Counted from the first letter of the stretch, positions 36,831 to 46,262 are shown. The stretch is 64,000 nt of DNA from Longimicrobiales bacterium (GCA_041690395.1 JAWLHJ010000001.1:192001-256000); one strand, 5' to 3'. The notes: generated by a model from the sequence alone, not told the origin. Program-made: numbers and translations.

Positions 36831-39800
36831 ATGTCGACCATGAGCAGGGGTGCGCTGTCACCCGTCGCCGGGCTGACCGTCGAGCTCTTCGGGGGCCCGA
36901 AGGTGATCGCTCGCGACGAGCCGATTGATCTGACGTCGCAGCAACAGGCATTCGTCACGGTCGTGTTCGGCCACGGGGCCCAGGGTATCAGCCGCCCGCG
37001 CCTCGGCTGGGTTCTCTGGGAGGAAGACGAGAGTCCGCGACTCCGGCAGAGGATCCGCCAGCTGCTGCATCGAACTCATGAGCGGTTGAACGGCGTGATC
37101 GTTGACGCCGAAGCGGATCATCTGCGTCCGATGGCTGCCGGAGTGGAGTGCGACCTGCGGCGGTTCGAGGCGCTCCTCAAGCGCGGCTCTCTGGCCGAGG
37201 CGGCGGGCATGCTCTCACATGGGCTGGCCAGTCGTCTCGGCGGGACACCCGGAAACGCCTTCGAGGATTGGCTCCTTTCCAGGCGCGCCGGGCTCTTCGA
37301 GGATCTCCGGAAGGCCGCATCGCGGCGATGGGACGAGACCTCGGAGGCCGGCCTCTGGGGTGAAGCTCGAGACGCGGCGGAGGCGCTCTACATGCATTTC
37401 CCGGACGATGTCGGTGTTGCGACCCGAGTGATCGAATCCCGAGCGAGGACTGGAAGCCTGGCGTCCGCCGAGGCCGTGCTGGCCAGACTCCGAGAGAGCG
37501 GCGTCTCCAAGGACACCGCTGCGTCGCTGGATGAGCTGATGCTTCGGGTCCAACGGTTGCGGTCGACGCCGGTAAGCGCATCGCCCGACTCCGATCCTCG
37601 CGTCCCGCTGGTGGGCCGGAGGTCCGAGATCGCGCAAGCCGTGGAAGGGTTCAGGAGCATGGAGGACGGTTCGTTCCGCTTCGTCCTGCTCACCGGCGAG
37701 GGCGGAATCGGTAAGACGAGGGTCCTGGATGAGATCCGCAAGGAGGCCGTCCTCGCGGGGTACCGATGTCTGAGCGCGCGCCCCGCGGAGCCAGAGCGCC
37801 GCATCCCACTCAATCCGCTCGCCGACGCGTTCTCCGAGATTGATCTCGCTGGGCATCTGCGTGCCCTCGGGGTCCCCTGGCGGTCGGTCATCGGCTCACT
37901 CCTGCCCATCGACGACGACGAGCCCATCGAGGAGGCCCCCCCGATCCAGGAGGCCCACCTCTCGCGCAGGCTCATGGATGCGCTCTACTTCCTCCTCGAG
38001 CGTGTCGCGGCTGAAGAACCCACGCTTCTGTTCCTCGACGATCTCCAGTGGGCGGACGCCACGACCGTGACCGCGCTTCAGTTCGTGCAGCGTCGATGGG
38101 CCGGCCGCGCGTTCGGCGTGGTCGCCGCGATCCGACCCGATCTCATCGACCCCTTCGACCCCGCATCGAAGTATCTGCTGAGCGCTGAGCACCTGCCCAT
38201 CACCCGGATCGATCTCAAGGAGCTAAGCCCAGAGGACGGTCGGCGCCTCGTCGACCTCGTGCTGGGTGGCGAAGTCGACCCACGAGTCAACGATCGTCTA
38301 TGTGAGCTGGGCGGGCTCCATCCGTTGTACGTGACCGAGATCGCCAAGGACTTCAGGGCAGGCCGCCTGAAGCTGCCCGCACTCCCCGTCGACGAAGTCG
38401 CGATCCCGGTATCTCTGCAGGAGATCCTGCGGCGAAGGGTCGGCCTACTTTCACCGACCGCCACCAAGGTAGCCGGCCTGCTGGCCGCCAGAGCGCGGCC
38501 GATGCGGCTCACGGAGATCGCCGACCTGACCGGGCTGCCGCTCGATCATTGCGCCGACTGCGCTGAAGAGCTGAAGCAACTGAGGCTGGCCGACATGGCA
38601 GGGAACAGGGTGCGGGTCGCGCACGAGCTGTTCCGAAGCGCGCTGTATCAACACCTGAGCGACGCGCGTCGAGCCGTCCTCCACCGATCGATCGCCGAGC
38701 ATCTCGCGAGCTCGGACGATGGCGTCCCCGAGGGTGAGCTGGCCATGCATTATGCTCGTGCCGGTGAACGCGCGCCCGCCGTTCGCTACGCTTGGGCCGC
38801 AGCCACGAGCGCGATCGAGAGCGGAGCCGTGGCCGAAGCCGCCTACTTCTTCGACCTCGTGGTGCAGAACGAAGACGACCCCGGCAGGAGAGCCGTCGCC
38901 ACCGCCGAGCTGGGCCGGGCGCTGCACCTGGGCCGAGCCATAGAGCGAGCCAACCCGATCCTCGAGCTCGCCTCGGTCCGGCTCCGCGAGATCGGCGACC
39001 CCAACAGGGCACTTCGCATGGACATTCGACGGGTCGAGGGCCTCGCGGAAGCCGACGCGGCGCCAACCGCCGAGCTCCTTCGCCGCCTGGACGCCATCAA
39101 GCGGGAAGCTCAGGAGCTGGGGGATTGGGAGGCACTGGCGCTGGGGTTGGATGTGGAGTTGCACCTGCGCCACAACCTTGAAGACTTCCCAGGTATTGCG
39201 GTCCTCTTTCGGGAGATGAAGCAAGTTGTTGCCAATGGGCCACCGGAGGCCGGAGCAGTCGCTCACTCCGGTCTCGCGCTCGGCATCCTCTTCGGAGACC
39301 CACAGTCAGCAATGACACATGGTCGCCTGGGTGTGGAGCTTTGTGACTCACAGAGTGAACACAGGCTTCGGTCGCTGCTACGCCTGCTCTTGGTGCTTCA
39401 GTACCAGGGCCGGTTCTACACGGCAGAGGCGCAACGTCTGGTGGGCGAGGCGACGACCGTGGCCAAGACCAGCGGCGATCTCTTACTGCGCTTCAGCCTC
39501 GAAAGCAACATCGCGGTGGCCCATCTCGACGCGGGAAACCTCGATGCCGCAGAGGTCTCCATGGCGAAGTCGACCAAGATGCTCGGCTCGGCAGAACTCG
39601 ACATGAATCGATTCAATCAGGCGATAAACGCCGGGGAGTTGGCACTTGCTCAAGCGGACTTCCACCGCGCAAGCGAGATGTTTCGCTTGGCATCCGAGTT
39701 CGTCGGTCCGAAGACGCCATCATACGCTGCAAACCTCGTTCGGTCGGGCCTCGGCTTCTGCGCCCTCGAGTTCGGGGACGTTACAAAGGCCCGGAGTCTT

Positions 39801-40124
39801 GAAGACGAGCTGGAGCCGAATCCCCCGACGTGGTATTTCGACCCAACCCTACTGGTCTCCTTTCGCAGTCGGATGGATGAACTACGAGGAAACCTCTCGG
39901 CCGCTTCAGACCGCCTGGGTTCGGCCGCGCTCGCCGTAGAGGAGCGACTCGTGCTCGCCTGGCTCAAGCTGATGAGGAATCAGATTCGGGTCCTTCGCCG
40001 TTTAGGCAGCAACGAGGCGAGGGAACTCGCGAAACGAGCCCTGGAAGTATCGGACGAACTCCATCTTGAACACCGGGCAAGGGAGTTCCGCTACCTCTTG
40101 GACCAGTTAGGCAGCTCGAATTGA
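36831..40124 (+). CDS. SARP/BTAD-AAA(STAND)-TPR transcriptional regulator
   Basis: N-terminal LFGG..., SR..L...LW, FEDWL. P-loop GEGGIGKT, Walker B LFLDDLQWAD, GG.PLY. Helical C-terminal repeats. Confidence 0.85.
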   Translation: MSTMSRGALSPVAGLTVELFGGPKVIARDEPIDLTSQQQAFVTVVFGHGAQGISRPRLGWVLWEEDESPRLRQRIRQLLHRTHERLNGVIVDAEADHLRPMAAGVECDLRRFEALLKRGSLAEAAGMLSHGLASRLGGTPGNAFEDWLLSRRAGLFEDLRKAASRRWDETSEAGLWGEARDAAEALYMHFPDDVGVATRVIESRARTGSLASAEAVLARLRESGVSKDTAASLDELMLRVQRLRSTPVSASPDSDPRVPLVGRRSEIAQAVEGFRSMEDGSFRFVLLTGEGGIGKTRVLDEIRKEAVLAGYRCLSARPAEPERRIPLNPLADAFSEIDLAGHLRALGVPWRSVIGSLLPIDDDEPIEEAPPIQEAHLSRRLMDALYFLLERVAAEEPTLLFLDDLQWADATTVTALQFVQRRWAGRAFGVVAAIRPDLIDPFDPASKYLLSAEHLPITRIDLKELSPEDGRRLVDLVLGGEVDPRVNDRLCELGGLHPLYVTEIAKDFRAGRLKLPALPVDEVAIPVSLQEILRRRVGLLSPTATKVAGLLAARARPMRLTEIADLTGLPLDHCADCAEELKQLRLADMAGNRVRVAHELFRSALYQHLSDARRAVLHRSIAEHLASSDDGVPEGELAMHYARAGERAPAVRYAWAAATSAIESGAVAEAAYFFDLVVQNEDDPGRRAVATAELGRALHLGRAIERANPILELASVRLREIGDPNRALRMDIRRVEGLAEADAAPTAELLRRLDAIKREAQELGDWEALALGLDVELHLRHNLEDFPGIAVLFREMKQVVANGPPEAGAVAHSGLALGILFGDPQSAMTHGRLGVELCDSQSEHRLRSLLRLLLVLQYQGRFYTAEAQRLVGEATTVAKTSGDLLLRFSLESNIAVAHLDAGNLDAAEVSMAKSTKMLGSAELDMNRFNQAINAGELALAQADFHRASEMFRLASEFVGPKTPSYAANLVRSGLGFCALEFGDVTKARSLEDELEPNPPTWYFDPTLLVSFRSRMDELRGNLSAASDRLGSAALAVEERLVLAWLKLMRNQIRVLRRLGSNEARELAKRALEVSDELHLEHRAREFRYLLDQLGSSN

Positions 40125-40131
40125 GCGACGG

Positions 40132-41550
40132 CTAATTTCGAGCGCGCAATGCCCAAGAGGGAACGGTCTGCCGGAGAGGTGCCACAGCCAACTCCCCGGA
40201 CGTAAGCCCACTTTTCAAGCGAGAGGGTGTCGCTCCGCTGGTCCGGTGTCCACTCATCAATCGAGCGTAGCTCTCCAGTATCGGCGTGTTGGCCACGGCC
40301 TCGACGATCCTTGGATCAAACTGAAGACCCGAGTGCTCCCGGAGTTGCTCCTCTACAACCCGCAACGGTAGCGCATTGCGGTACGGCCGATCGGATAGCA
40401 TCGCGTCGACAGCATCGCAAACGATGATGATCTTGGCTCCGATGGGGATGTCCGGGCCGCGCAGGCCATCGGGATATCCTCGCCCGTCCTCACGCTCGTG
40501 ATGGTGGCGCACAGCCAGTACAACGCTCTCAGGAACTGAGGACAGGTCTCGCAGCAACTGTTCCCCGCGAGTGACGTGCGATTGAATGATCGCTCGCTCC
40601 TCCGCTGTTAAGGAATCGGGCTTTGCGAGGATGTCCGTGTACGTTGCCTCGATCTTACCGATGTCGTGGAGCAATGCTGCGGTCTGCACTTGCTCGACGA
40701 TCCTCTGCGGAAGTCCAAGCTCTTCAGCGATTTCCCGTGCAAGCGCTGAAACGCGCTGAGAATGGCCGGACGTGTACGGATCTCGAGTCTCAATGGCTTT
40801 GACCAGGGCTGTCAGCAGATCGTCGTTGGCTTCCCGAAGCCTCGCCGTCGTCAGGTATGAGTACCGAATGAAAAGCATCGGAAGCAGAACAACGAGTATC
40901 CCAGCGATTCCGAACTGGACATACAAGAACGCCACGGCAAGCGCGATGGGGCTTATGAGAACGTCGTTCACGCTCCCACCAGAGTTGCGCAGCACCAACT
41001 CCCAAACTCTTCTGAATGCCAAGCCCTGGCTGAACGCAATAGCCAGCGCTACGGCCGCGTGGTTCAACGCAAGGAAGAGCAGACCAAACGTTACGAATGG
41101 CCACAGCTGGCCTGCAACGCTTTGCGCCTCGGTCCACTCCAAGCCTCTAAGCGCCGTTCCACCTAGGAGTTCGAAACCCAAGCCGGCGATCGTGACCGCG
41201 AAGACGGCCTGAGCGACATTGAACGTCGCCTTGAACCAACCCTTCCGCCTGACAAAAAACTCGGCGAAGGCGAGGGTTGTGAGGATCAGCACCGTTCCTG
41301 CCTCAGGACCGAAGAGCTGGACGGCTGCGAGTAAGGGCAGGAACGTGATCGACGAGCGGCCTTCGGAGCCTCCAACGCTGAGCCCAATCGCCACAGACTC
41401 CGACATTAGGCCAATGGCGATCAGAGTGCCGAGCCCGAGGAGGCTGGCGAGTGGGAGCCCAGCAATCGCGGACCAGTCCGTCATCACTAGACAGACTGCC
41501 GCCAGGACCCACATGACTCCGACGTAAATGCGGACTTGCCGTTCGAACAT
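40132..41550 (-). CDS. Membrane-bound HD-GYP domain protein (putative cyclic-dinucleotide phosphodiesterase)
   Basis: Multi-TM N-terminus. RDPYTSGHS.RV, LLHDIGK, HHEREDGRGYPDGL, D..DAM.SDRPYR. Confidence 0.92.
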   Translation of the reverse strand: MFERQVRIYVGVMWVLAAVCLVMTDWSAIAGLPLASLLGLGTLIAIGLMSESVAIGLSVGGSEGRSSITFLPLLAAVQLFGPEAGTVLILTTLAFAEFFVRRKGWFKATFNVAQAVFAVTIAGLGFELLGGTALRGLEWTEAQSVAGQLWPFVTFGLLFLALNHAAVALAIAFSQGLAFRRVWELVLRNSGGSVNDVLISPIALAVAFLYVQFGIAGILVVLLPMLFIRYSYLTTARLREANDDLLTALVKAIETRDPYTSGHSQRVSALAREIAEELGLPQRIVEQVQTAALLHDIGKIEATYTDILAKPDSLTAEERAIIQSHVTRGEQLLRDLSSVPESVVLAVRHHHEREDGRGYPDGLRGPDIPIGAKIIIVCDAVDAMLSDRPYRNALPLRVVEEQLREHSGLQFDPRIVEAVANTPILESYARLMSGHRTSGATPSRLKSGLTSGELAVAPLRQTVPSWALRARN

Positions 41551-41577
41551 ACTTGGAGTGAAGCCCCCTCAGTCCAC

Positions 41578-41652
41578 CTACCAGGTCACTAGCCCGCGAC
41601 TAAAAATCGCGAAAACCGCGTCTACGGCGCCCATCAGTAGAGACACGAACAT
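41578..41652 (-). CDS. 24-aa hydrophobic peptide MFVSLLMGAVDAVFAIFSRGLVTW (putative signal/pheromone precursor)
   Basis: Perfect SD AAAGGAGGTGA just upstream of ATG 41652. TAG at 41580-41578. Ends 27 nt before the HD-GYP start. Confidence 0.72.
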   Translation of the reverse strand: MFVSLLMGAVDAVFAIFSRGLVTW

Positions 41653-41812
41653 CTGCGCTCACCTCCTTTATGGTGGTGTCGGTCTCCGAAATACCCGCTG
41701 TGGAGTACCGCATGCGCTTCGCTCTACCGCTCGCCTTCGCTCTTAGGCGGACCGAGGGGGTTCGTTTCTCTCCGTGGCTTGAGTCACATGCTGGGGCGAA
41801 TCACGCCCCGGA

Positions 41813-42538
41813 CTAGAACTGTCCACGGACCCAGCGGTCCGTGGCTTGTAGCGTGGCCATGATCGCGGCGCGATCGGGTGAACCGGTCACCGGGGTCGCG
41901 CCCGATAGGGCAGTGATATGTCTTCCGTTGATCGCATGGACGGCGACGAGCACGAACGTGCGGTCAAAGGCGTCAACGAGCTTCGTCCCGTCAAGCGCGA
42001 GCGTGATGCTCCGGCGCTCGTCCTCGACGCGCGACCGCGCGGCGAGCTCGAGGGCCTGGAGGGTCGCGGCGCTCACGGCTTCGAGCTTGGCCTTGGGCAC
42101 GTCGGCTCCGACAGCCTCGCCGGTGAACAATTCGTCGTTCCACTCGATGTCCACTTTGTGCCGGATCTGGTTCGCGCGTTCCGACTCGATGCGGTGGGCG
42201 ACGAAGAGCAGGCGACCCTCGGGCTGGGCAGCCTCGGAGTGCTGGGCGATGTGAAGCGGCTCATCTTCGACCGGAACCACGGCCGGCCGGCGGTCGGTCT
42301 GCGCGACCGAGATCTTCCGATGATCGACCGACAGATCGAAGTACGACAGGAGCGCCGATTCCACGTTGCGCACGGTCTGCTTCGGCTTGATGTCGTCCGT
42401 GGTCAACAGATGGATCTCGTCGATGGCCCCGCCTGGCCGCGCCACGACACGCGCGGAGAGGACGCCGTTGAGCGACATGAGCAGGCGCTCGGCGTCCTGG
42501 ATCGTCCAACGGCCGCGTTCTTCGGGGCGAACGGTCAC
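41813..42538 (-). CDS. Conserved hypothetical protein (EIHLL...KQ.VRNVESAL...DHRKISVAQ)
   Basis: GGAG SD and GTG start. Clean globular ORF upstream of the peptide and HD-GYP genes, same strand. Confidence 0.8.
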   Translation of the reverse strand: MTVRPEERGRWTIQDAERLLMSLNGVLSARVVARPGGAIDEIHLLTTDDIKPKQTVRNVESALLSYFDLSVDHRKISVAQTDRRPAVVPVEDEPLHIAQHSEAAQPEGRLLFVAHRIESERANQIRHKVDIEWNDELFTGEAVGADVPKAKLEAVSAATLQALELAARSRVEDERRSITLALDGTKLVDAFDRTFVLVAVHAINGRHITALSGATPVTGSPDRAAIMATLQATDRWVRGQF

Positions 42539-42917
42539 ACACTCTCCAGAGGAGCCCGGGGGCCCCGAACGAATCCACTCCGTAGACGCTCGAGATCGGG
42601 GTGGACGGCGATGGGGAAGGAAATCGCAACTTCAGATGTTTACGCGGAACGCGATACAAATACGCGTGGGCTTCGGGGAAGTCAAGATTCACGCGGGTAA
42701 ACGAATATGTCGATCCCGTCACAGGGTGGGTTCGTCCGACCCGAGCCTGTTCGTTTATGCAAAAACCGGATGGGCCGTTCGCTGCCTATCCGCCGGCCCG
42801 GGCGGTTCAGAGATCCAGGTGTCCCGGGGGGCACTCGCGTCCCGATCCGCCATCCCCCCGTCCCGAGCCCGCCGCCACCATTCACCATGTTCAAAGCTAA
42901 ATCACGGAGTTGCTCCG

Positions 42918-43523
42918 ATGCACGAACTTCCTTCCGGGCTCCCCCCGGGAGTCGTCCCATCTCCCGGCGCCCTGCTCGACGAGCACGGACGTCCCGACTT
43001 CCGCGATGTCTTCGGCGCGCTGGCCGCGTCGTCCGACACCATCGCGACCGCCGTGACGCGCGTCCGGCTGACGACAGTGGACCTCGGTGCGCGGGAGCTC
43101 TCCGGCGTCCGGTCCTTTCGGGTCCTCGTCGCAGAGCTGAGCGCGCTCCGCCTCGACGGCGAAGCGCGGGTGATGCGGGCCGAGCCGCGGCGTATCGCAA
43201 ACGTGTCGTTGCTGCTCGACATGATGGAGTCGGGTCGGCTCGACGTGCGGTCCGCCCCACTCGGGGGCTGGTCTCCGGACTTCACGGTGTTCGCGTCAGC
43301 CGGCACGCCGCGAGCGGTGCTGTCGGGCTTCCACTGGTTCGAGCGGCCGTATCCGCACCGGGGCCCGGCGCTGGCGTCCGTCCACGGGGGTGACGGAGCC
43401 CGAGCGGCGCTCCGGCGTTTCGACGAGTTGTGGGAGGTCGCCCACGACGTCGGCCCGGCGGTATGGAGCATTCTGGCGCGAGCCGTCGACCGTGCGGCGT
43501 CGGGGCTCGAGCAGGTCGGGTGA
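42918..43523 (+). CDS. Hypothetical protein, possibly degenerate PLD-like fold
   Basis: GGAG SD. LDVRSAP...PDF.VF...G.H.F...RRFDELW pattern. No HKD motif. Confidence 0.6.
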   Translation: MHELPSGLPPGVVPSPGALLDEHGRPDFRDVFGALAASSDTIATAVTRVRLTTVDLGARELSGVRSFRVLVAELSALRLDGEARVMRAEPRRIANVSLLLDMMESGRLDVRSAPLGGWSPDFTVFASAGTPRAVLSGFHWFERPYPHRGPALASVHGGDGARAALRRFDELWEVAHDVGPAVWSILARAVDRAASGLEQVG

Positions 43524-43594
43524 TCGGCGTCTCGTTGACACCCCCCTCCCGGCTCCCTTTATTTGGTGCTCTGCGGACCGGCCGTCCGCACCGA

Positions 43595-43667
43595 TCCGGC
43601 GTAGCTCAGTTGGTAGAGCAGCTGACTGTTAATCAGCGGGTCACAGGTTCGAGTCCTGTCGCCGGAG
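43595..43667 (+). tRNA. tRNA-Asn (GTT); CCA not encoded
   Basis: Acceptor TCCGGCG/CGCCGGA, D-arm AGCTCAGTTGGTAGAGC, anticodon arm CTGACT-GTT-AATCAG, T-loop GGTTCGAGTCC. TTGACA upstream at ~43535. Confidence 0.96.
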
Positions 43668-43678
43668 TCCCGACACAC

Positions 43679-43717
43679 CGAAGCCCCCGTCCGCGATTCG
43701 CCGGGCGGGGGCTTCGT
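43679..43717. terminator. Strong hairpin downstream of the tRNA, probably bidirectional
   Basis: CGAAGCCCCCGTCCG...CGGGCGGGGGCTTCG inverted repeat between convergent genes. Confidence 0.7.
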
Positions 43718-43773
43718 GCTGGCTCGGGGGCGGGCCTGGCCGGACACCCTCTCCCGCCCGGTGGAGCCGCCCC

Positions 43774-44505
43774 CTACAGCCGCGCGGCGATCCACATGGT
43801 GCGGTACACCGCGGTCGCGACGGTACCGACGGCGACCAGCGCTACCAGCCCGAGCAGCAGCGTTCCCTGCGCCCAGCCGAGCGCGGCCGTCAAGGACGGG
43901 TCGAGGATTCCCCCGAACCCGACGAGCAGGAGCCGCTCCGCCCGCTGCATGACCCCCACCTTGCAAACGATGCCCACGCTCTCCCCCCTCGCCCGCGCGT
44001 AGCTCACGAGCAGCGAGCCTCCCAGCGCCGCACCGACCACCGACACCGCCCCGGCATCGCCTCGGAACAGGACGAGAAGCCCGACGAGGGCGCCCACCTC
44101 GGCGAACCGGTCGAGGGTGGAGTCGAGAAACGCGCCCCGGTCGTCGGCCATGCCGCGAGCCCGAGCGATGCGGCCGTCGAGCACGTCCATGGCACCGCCG
44201 AGCAGGACCGCCCATCCTGCGGGGTTCGGCCTGCCCAGCGCGAACAACACCCCGGCGAGCACGCCGAACCCGACGCCCAGGAGGTTGAACGCGGTGGGCG
44301 AGAGGCGGAGCGCCAGCGCGGCCCGCTCGACCGGGCCGACGAACCAGTAGAACCAGCTCCGCACGAACCCGCCGAGCACGAAGCTCCCGCGGTCCGAGAT
44401 CTCGTGGGGGTCGCGGCCGCGACGGGCGGCGCCGAGGGCGTAGAGCGGCATGCTGATCAGCGCGAAGCCCACCAGGCCGAGGAGCACGAGGAGGTCGGTG
44501 CGCAT
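43774..44505 (-). CDS. CDP-alcohol phosphatidyltransferase
   Basis: D..DG.IAR...GAFLDS.LDR signature, SYARARGE, RAER. Confidence 0.92.
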   Translation of the reverse strand: MRTDLLVLLGLVGFALISMPLYALGAARRGRDPHEISDRGSFVLGGFVRSWFYWFVGPVERAALALRLSPTAFNLLGVGFGVLAGVLFALGRPNPAGWAVLLGGAMDVLDGRIARARGMADDRGAFLDSTLDRFAEVGALVGLLVLFRGDAGAVSVVGAALGGSLLVSYARARGESVGIVCKVGVMQRAERLLLVGFGGILDPSLTAALGWAQGTLLLGLVALVAVGTVATAVYRTMWIAARL

Positions 44506-45492
44506 CTAGCGTTCATCCTCGCCGTCGGGTCGCGTCAGCAACACGCGCACGGCGCGCGGCCAGAGGAAGATGAGGGGGAGCTTCCGCTCGAGCGTGGTCA
44601 GGTGGATCTCGCGGCCGGTATGGCGCTCCACCTTGCGCACCACGTAGGGCAGCCAGTTCGCGAACGTGAGGGTGTGCTTCAGCCACCGCGCCGTCGCGCG
44701 GGCCTTCGAGATGCGGAAATGCCAGCGCCACCGTCGTCCGTCGCCCGCCGAGGGCGCCTCGACGAAGTGATAGCCATCGAGCCGCGACTCGAGCACGTGA
44801 CCGGCCACGGCTCGCTCCAGCACGGGCCTGAACACCCGGCGGAAATGGTCCGCCTGCGCCCGGAAGATCTGGTCCGCGCGACTGGTCGACTCTGGGCGGA
44901 GCTCGCCCTGGTAGCACACCTCGAGCAGCCGCCGTCCGAGCTCCTCAGCGTCGAACGGGTCGTCGAGGTAGGGGGCCATCCAGTCGAGGACGTGGTCGTA
45001 CGCACTGCGGAGCTGGGCGCCCACCCAGGCCGCGCTCCCCCCGTCCCGCGACCACACCAGGCCCACCTTCTGGACCATGCGGCCCAGCAGAAAGTGGTCC
45101 TTCGGGTCCGGTCCGAGCGCGCGCTCGAAGTGTTCGGTGCTCACCACGAGGCACTTCGCGATGAACGAGCGGCCGCCGTCCGGCGCGAACGCGATCACGT
45201 TCGGGGGGAGCACCTGGGCGAGGGCGGTCATGAGCCAGGTGGGCCGCGGGAGCTCGCCGGCCGACTGGAGCCCGTGGTAGAACGTCCGGTAGTCGTCGAC
45301 GAGCACGACGAGGTCGATGGCGCTGTGACGGTCCGGTGCGTCCGTGCTCGGACGGAGCAGATGCGAGCCGTACAGGAGAACCGCCCGCACCGAGCCGGCC
45401 CCGGCGTCCACCAACCGGGCCGTGAGATCGTTCGCGGGCATGTCGCCCCCCTGCTCCTGGCGCTCCACGTCGTTCCGCACGGGCTGACTCAC
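44506..45492 (-). CDS. Nucleotidyltransferase resembling Tam41/Mmp37 phosphatidate cytidylyltransferase
   Basis: VLLYGS...IDLVVLVDD, FLLGRMVQKV, Y.GELRPE. GTGA overlap with the acyltransferase gene. Confidence 0.62.
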   Translation of the reverse strand: MSQPVRNDVERQEQGGDMPANDLTARLVDAGAGSVRAVLLYGSHLLRPSTDAPDRHSAIDLVVLVDDYRTFYHGLQSAGELPRPTWLMTALAQVLPPNVIAFAPDGGRSFIAKCLVVSTEHFERALGPDPKDHFLLGRMVQKVGLVWSRDGGSAAWVGAQLRSAYDHVLDWMAPYLDDPFDAEELGRRLLEVCYQGELRPESTSRADQIFRAQADHFRRVFRPVLERAVAGHVLESRLDGYHFVEAPSAGDGRRWRWHFRISKARATARWLKHTLTFANWLPYVVRKVERHTGREIHLTTLERKLPLIFLWPRAVRVLLTRPDGEDER

Positions 45493-46262
45493 GCTGCCTG
45501 GGACTCGGAGCGCAGTTGCTCGAGCTCGGATTCCATGAGCCGCCGCACCTCGGCGATGAACGGCTCGGGATCGGCCCTGGGGTCGTCCCACTCGAGCACC
45601 CCGGCCAGGGCGAAGCTGCCGCGGATCCCCGAGATCCCCTTCAGGAAGTCCGCGAAGCGCGGGTGCTTCCAGAAGCCGTCACCCACGAGCACGTAGACCT
45701 TCCAGGGTCGGGCGCGAAGGAGCAGGGCCAGCCCCTTCGTGCGGAAACGGCCCAGCGAGCCGTCGCGGGAGCGCGACCCCTCGGGAAAAATCGCCACGGG
45801 TAGCTCGGCGTTGCGGGCCATGTCCCGAAGCTCCCGGTAGGTCTGCCTCATGGTCGCGGGGTTTGCAGAGGGGTCCACCAACGGGTATTGATAGAGCCTC
45901 GTCATCTGCGAGATTAGCGGGATCCAGCGGCCATAGCGCTTGCGGGTCACGATGCGCGGGTAACCACCGTCGACCGCCTGCACGACGAGAGGGATGTCGA
46001 ACAGGGACTGGTGGTTCATGACGATGAGCACGCCCGGCTCCGCGGGGACCACGCGCCCGGGCACCGGGATGTGTGCGGCTCCGACGCGAACGAACGGTCG
46101 CGTGACGAGCCGGGCCATGAAGTTGATCCACGCGGTCAGAACCGGAACGCGCCGGGACGGGCGGAGCTTCACCCACGGCGTGATCACGAAGCGCTGAACG
46201 ATATCGGAGAGGAGCAGCCCGAGGCAGACGATCGCCAGAGCCACGTATCCTCGGAGCTTCAC
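45489..46262 (-). CDS. Lysophospholipid acyltransferase (PlsC family)
   Basis: NHQS.FD and IFPEGSRS motifs. Confidence 0.88.
   Translation of the reverse strand: MKLRGYVALAIVCLGLLLSDIVQRFVITPWVKLRPSRRVPVLTAWINFMARLVTRPFVRVGAAHIPVPGRVVPAEPGVLIVMNHQSLFDIPLVVQAVDGGYPRIVTRKRYGRWIPLISQMTRLYQYPLVDPSANPATMRQTYRELRDMARNAELPVAIFPEGSRSRDGSLGRFRTKGLALLLRARPWKVYVLVGDGFWKHPRFADFLKGISGIRGSFALAGVLEWDDPRADPEPFIAEVRRLMESELEQLRSESQAA

Noticed and set aside
42539..42917. c-di-GMP riboswitch upstream of the HD-GYP cassette
   Set aside because: The conserved GEMM-type features (GGCAAAC...GAAA...GACGCAAAG) were not recognisable. Only generic hairpins were seen.
39100..43667. tRNA-Asn-anchored genomic island or prophage
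   Set aside because: No integrase, transposase or phage genes, and no duplicated tRNA 3' end was found. The low-GC patch does not abut the tRNA.
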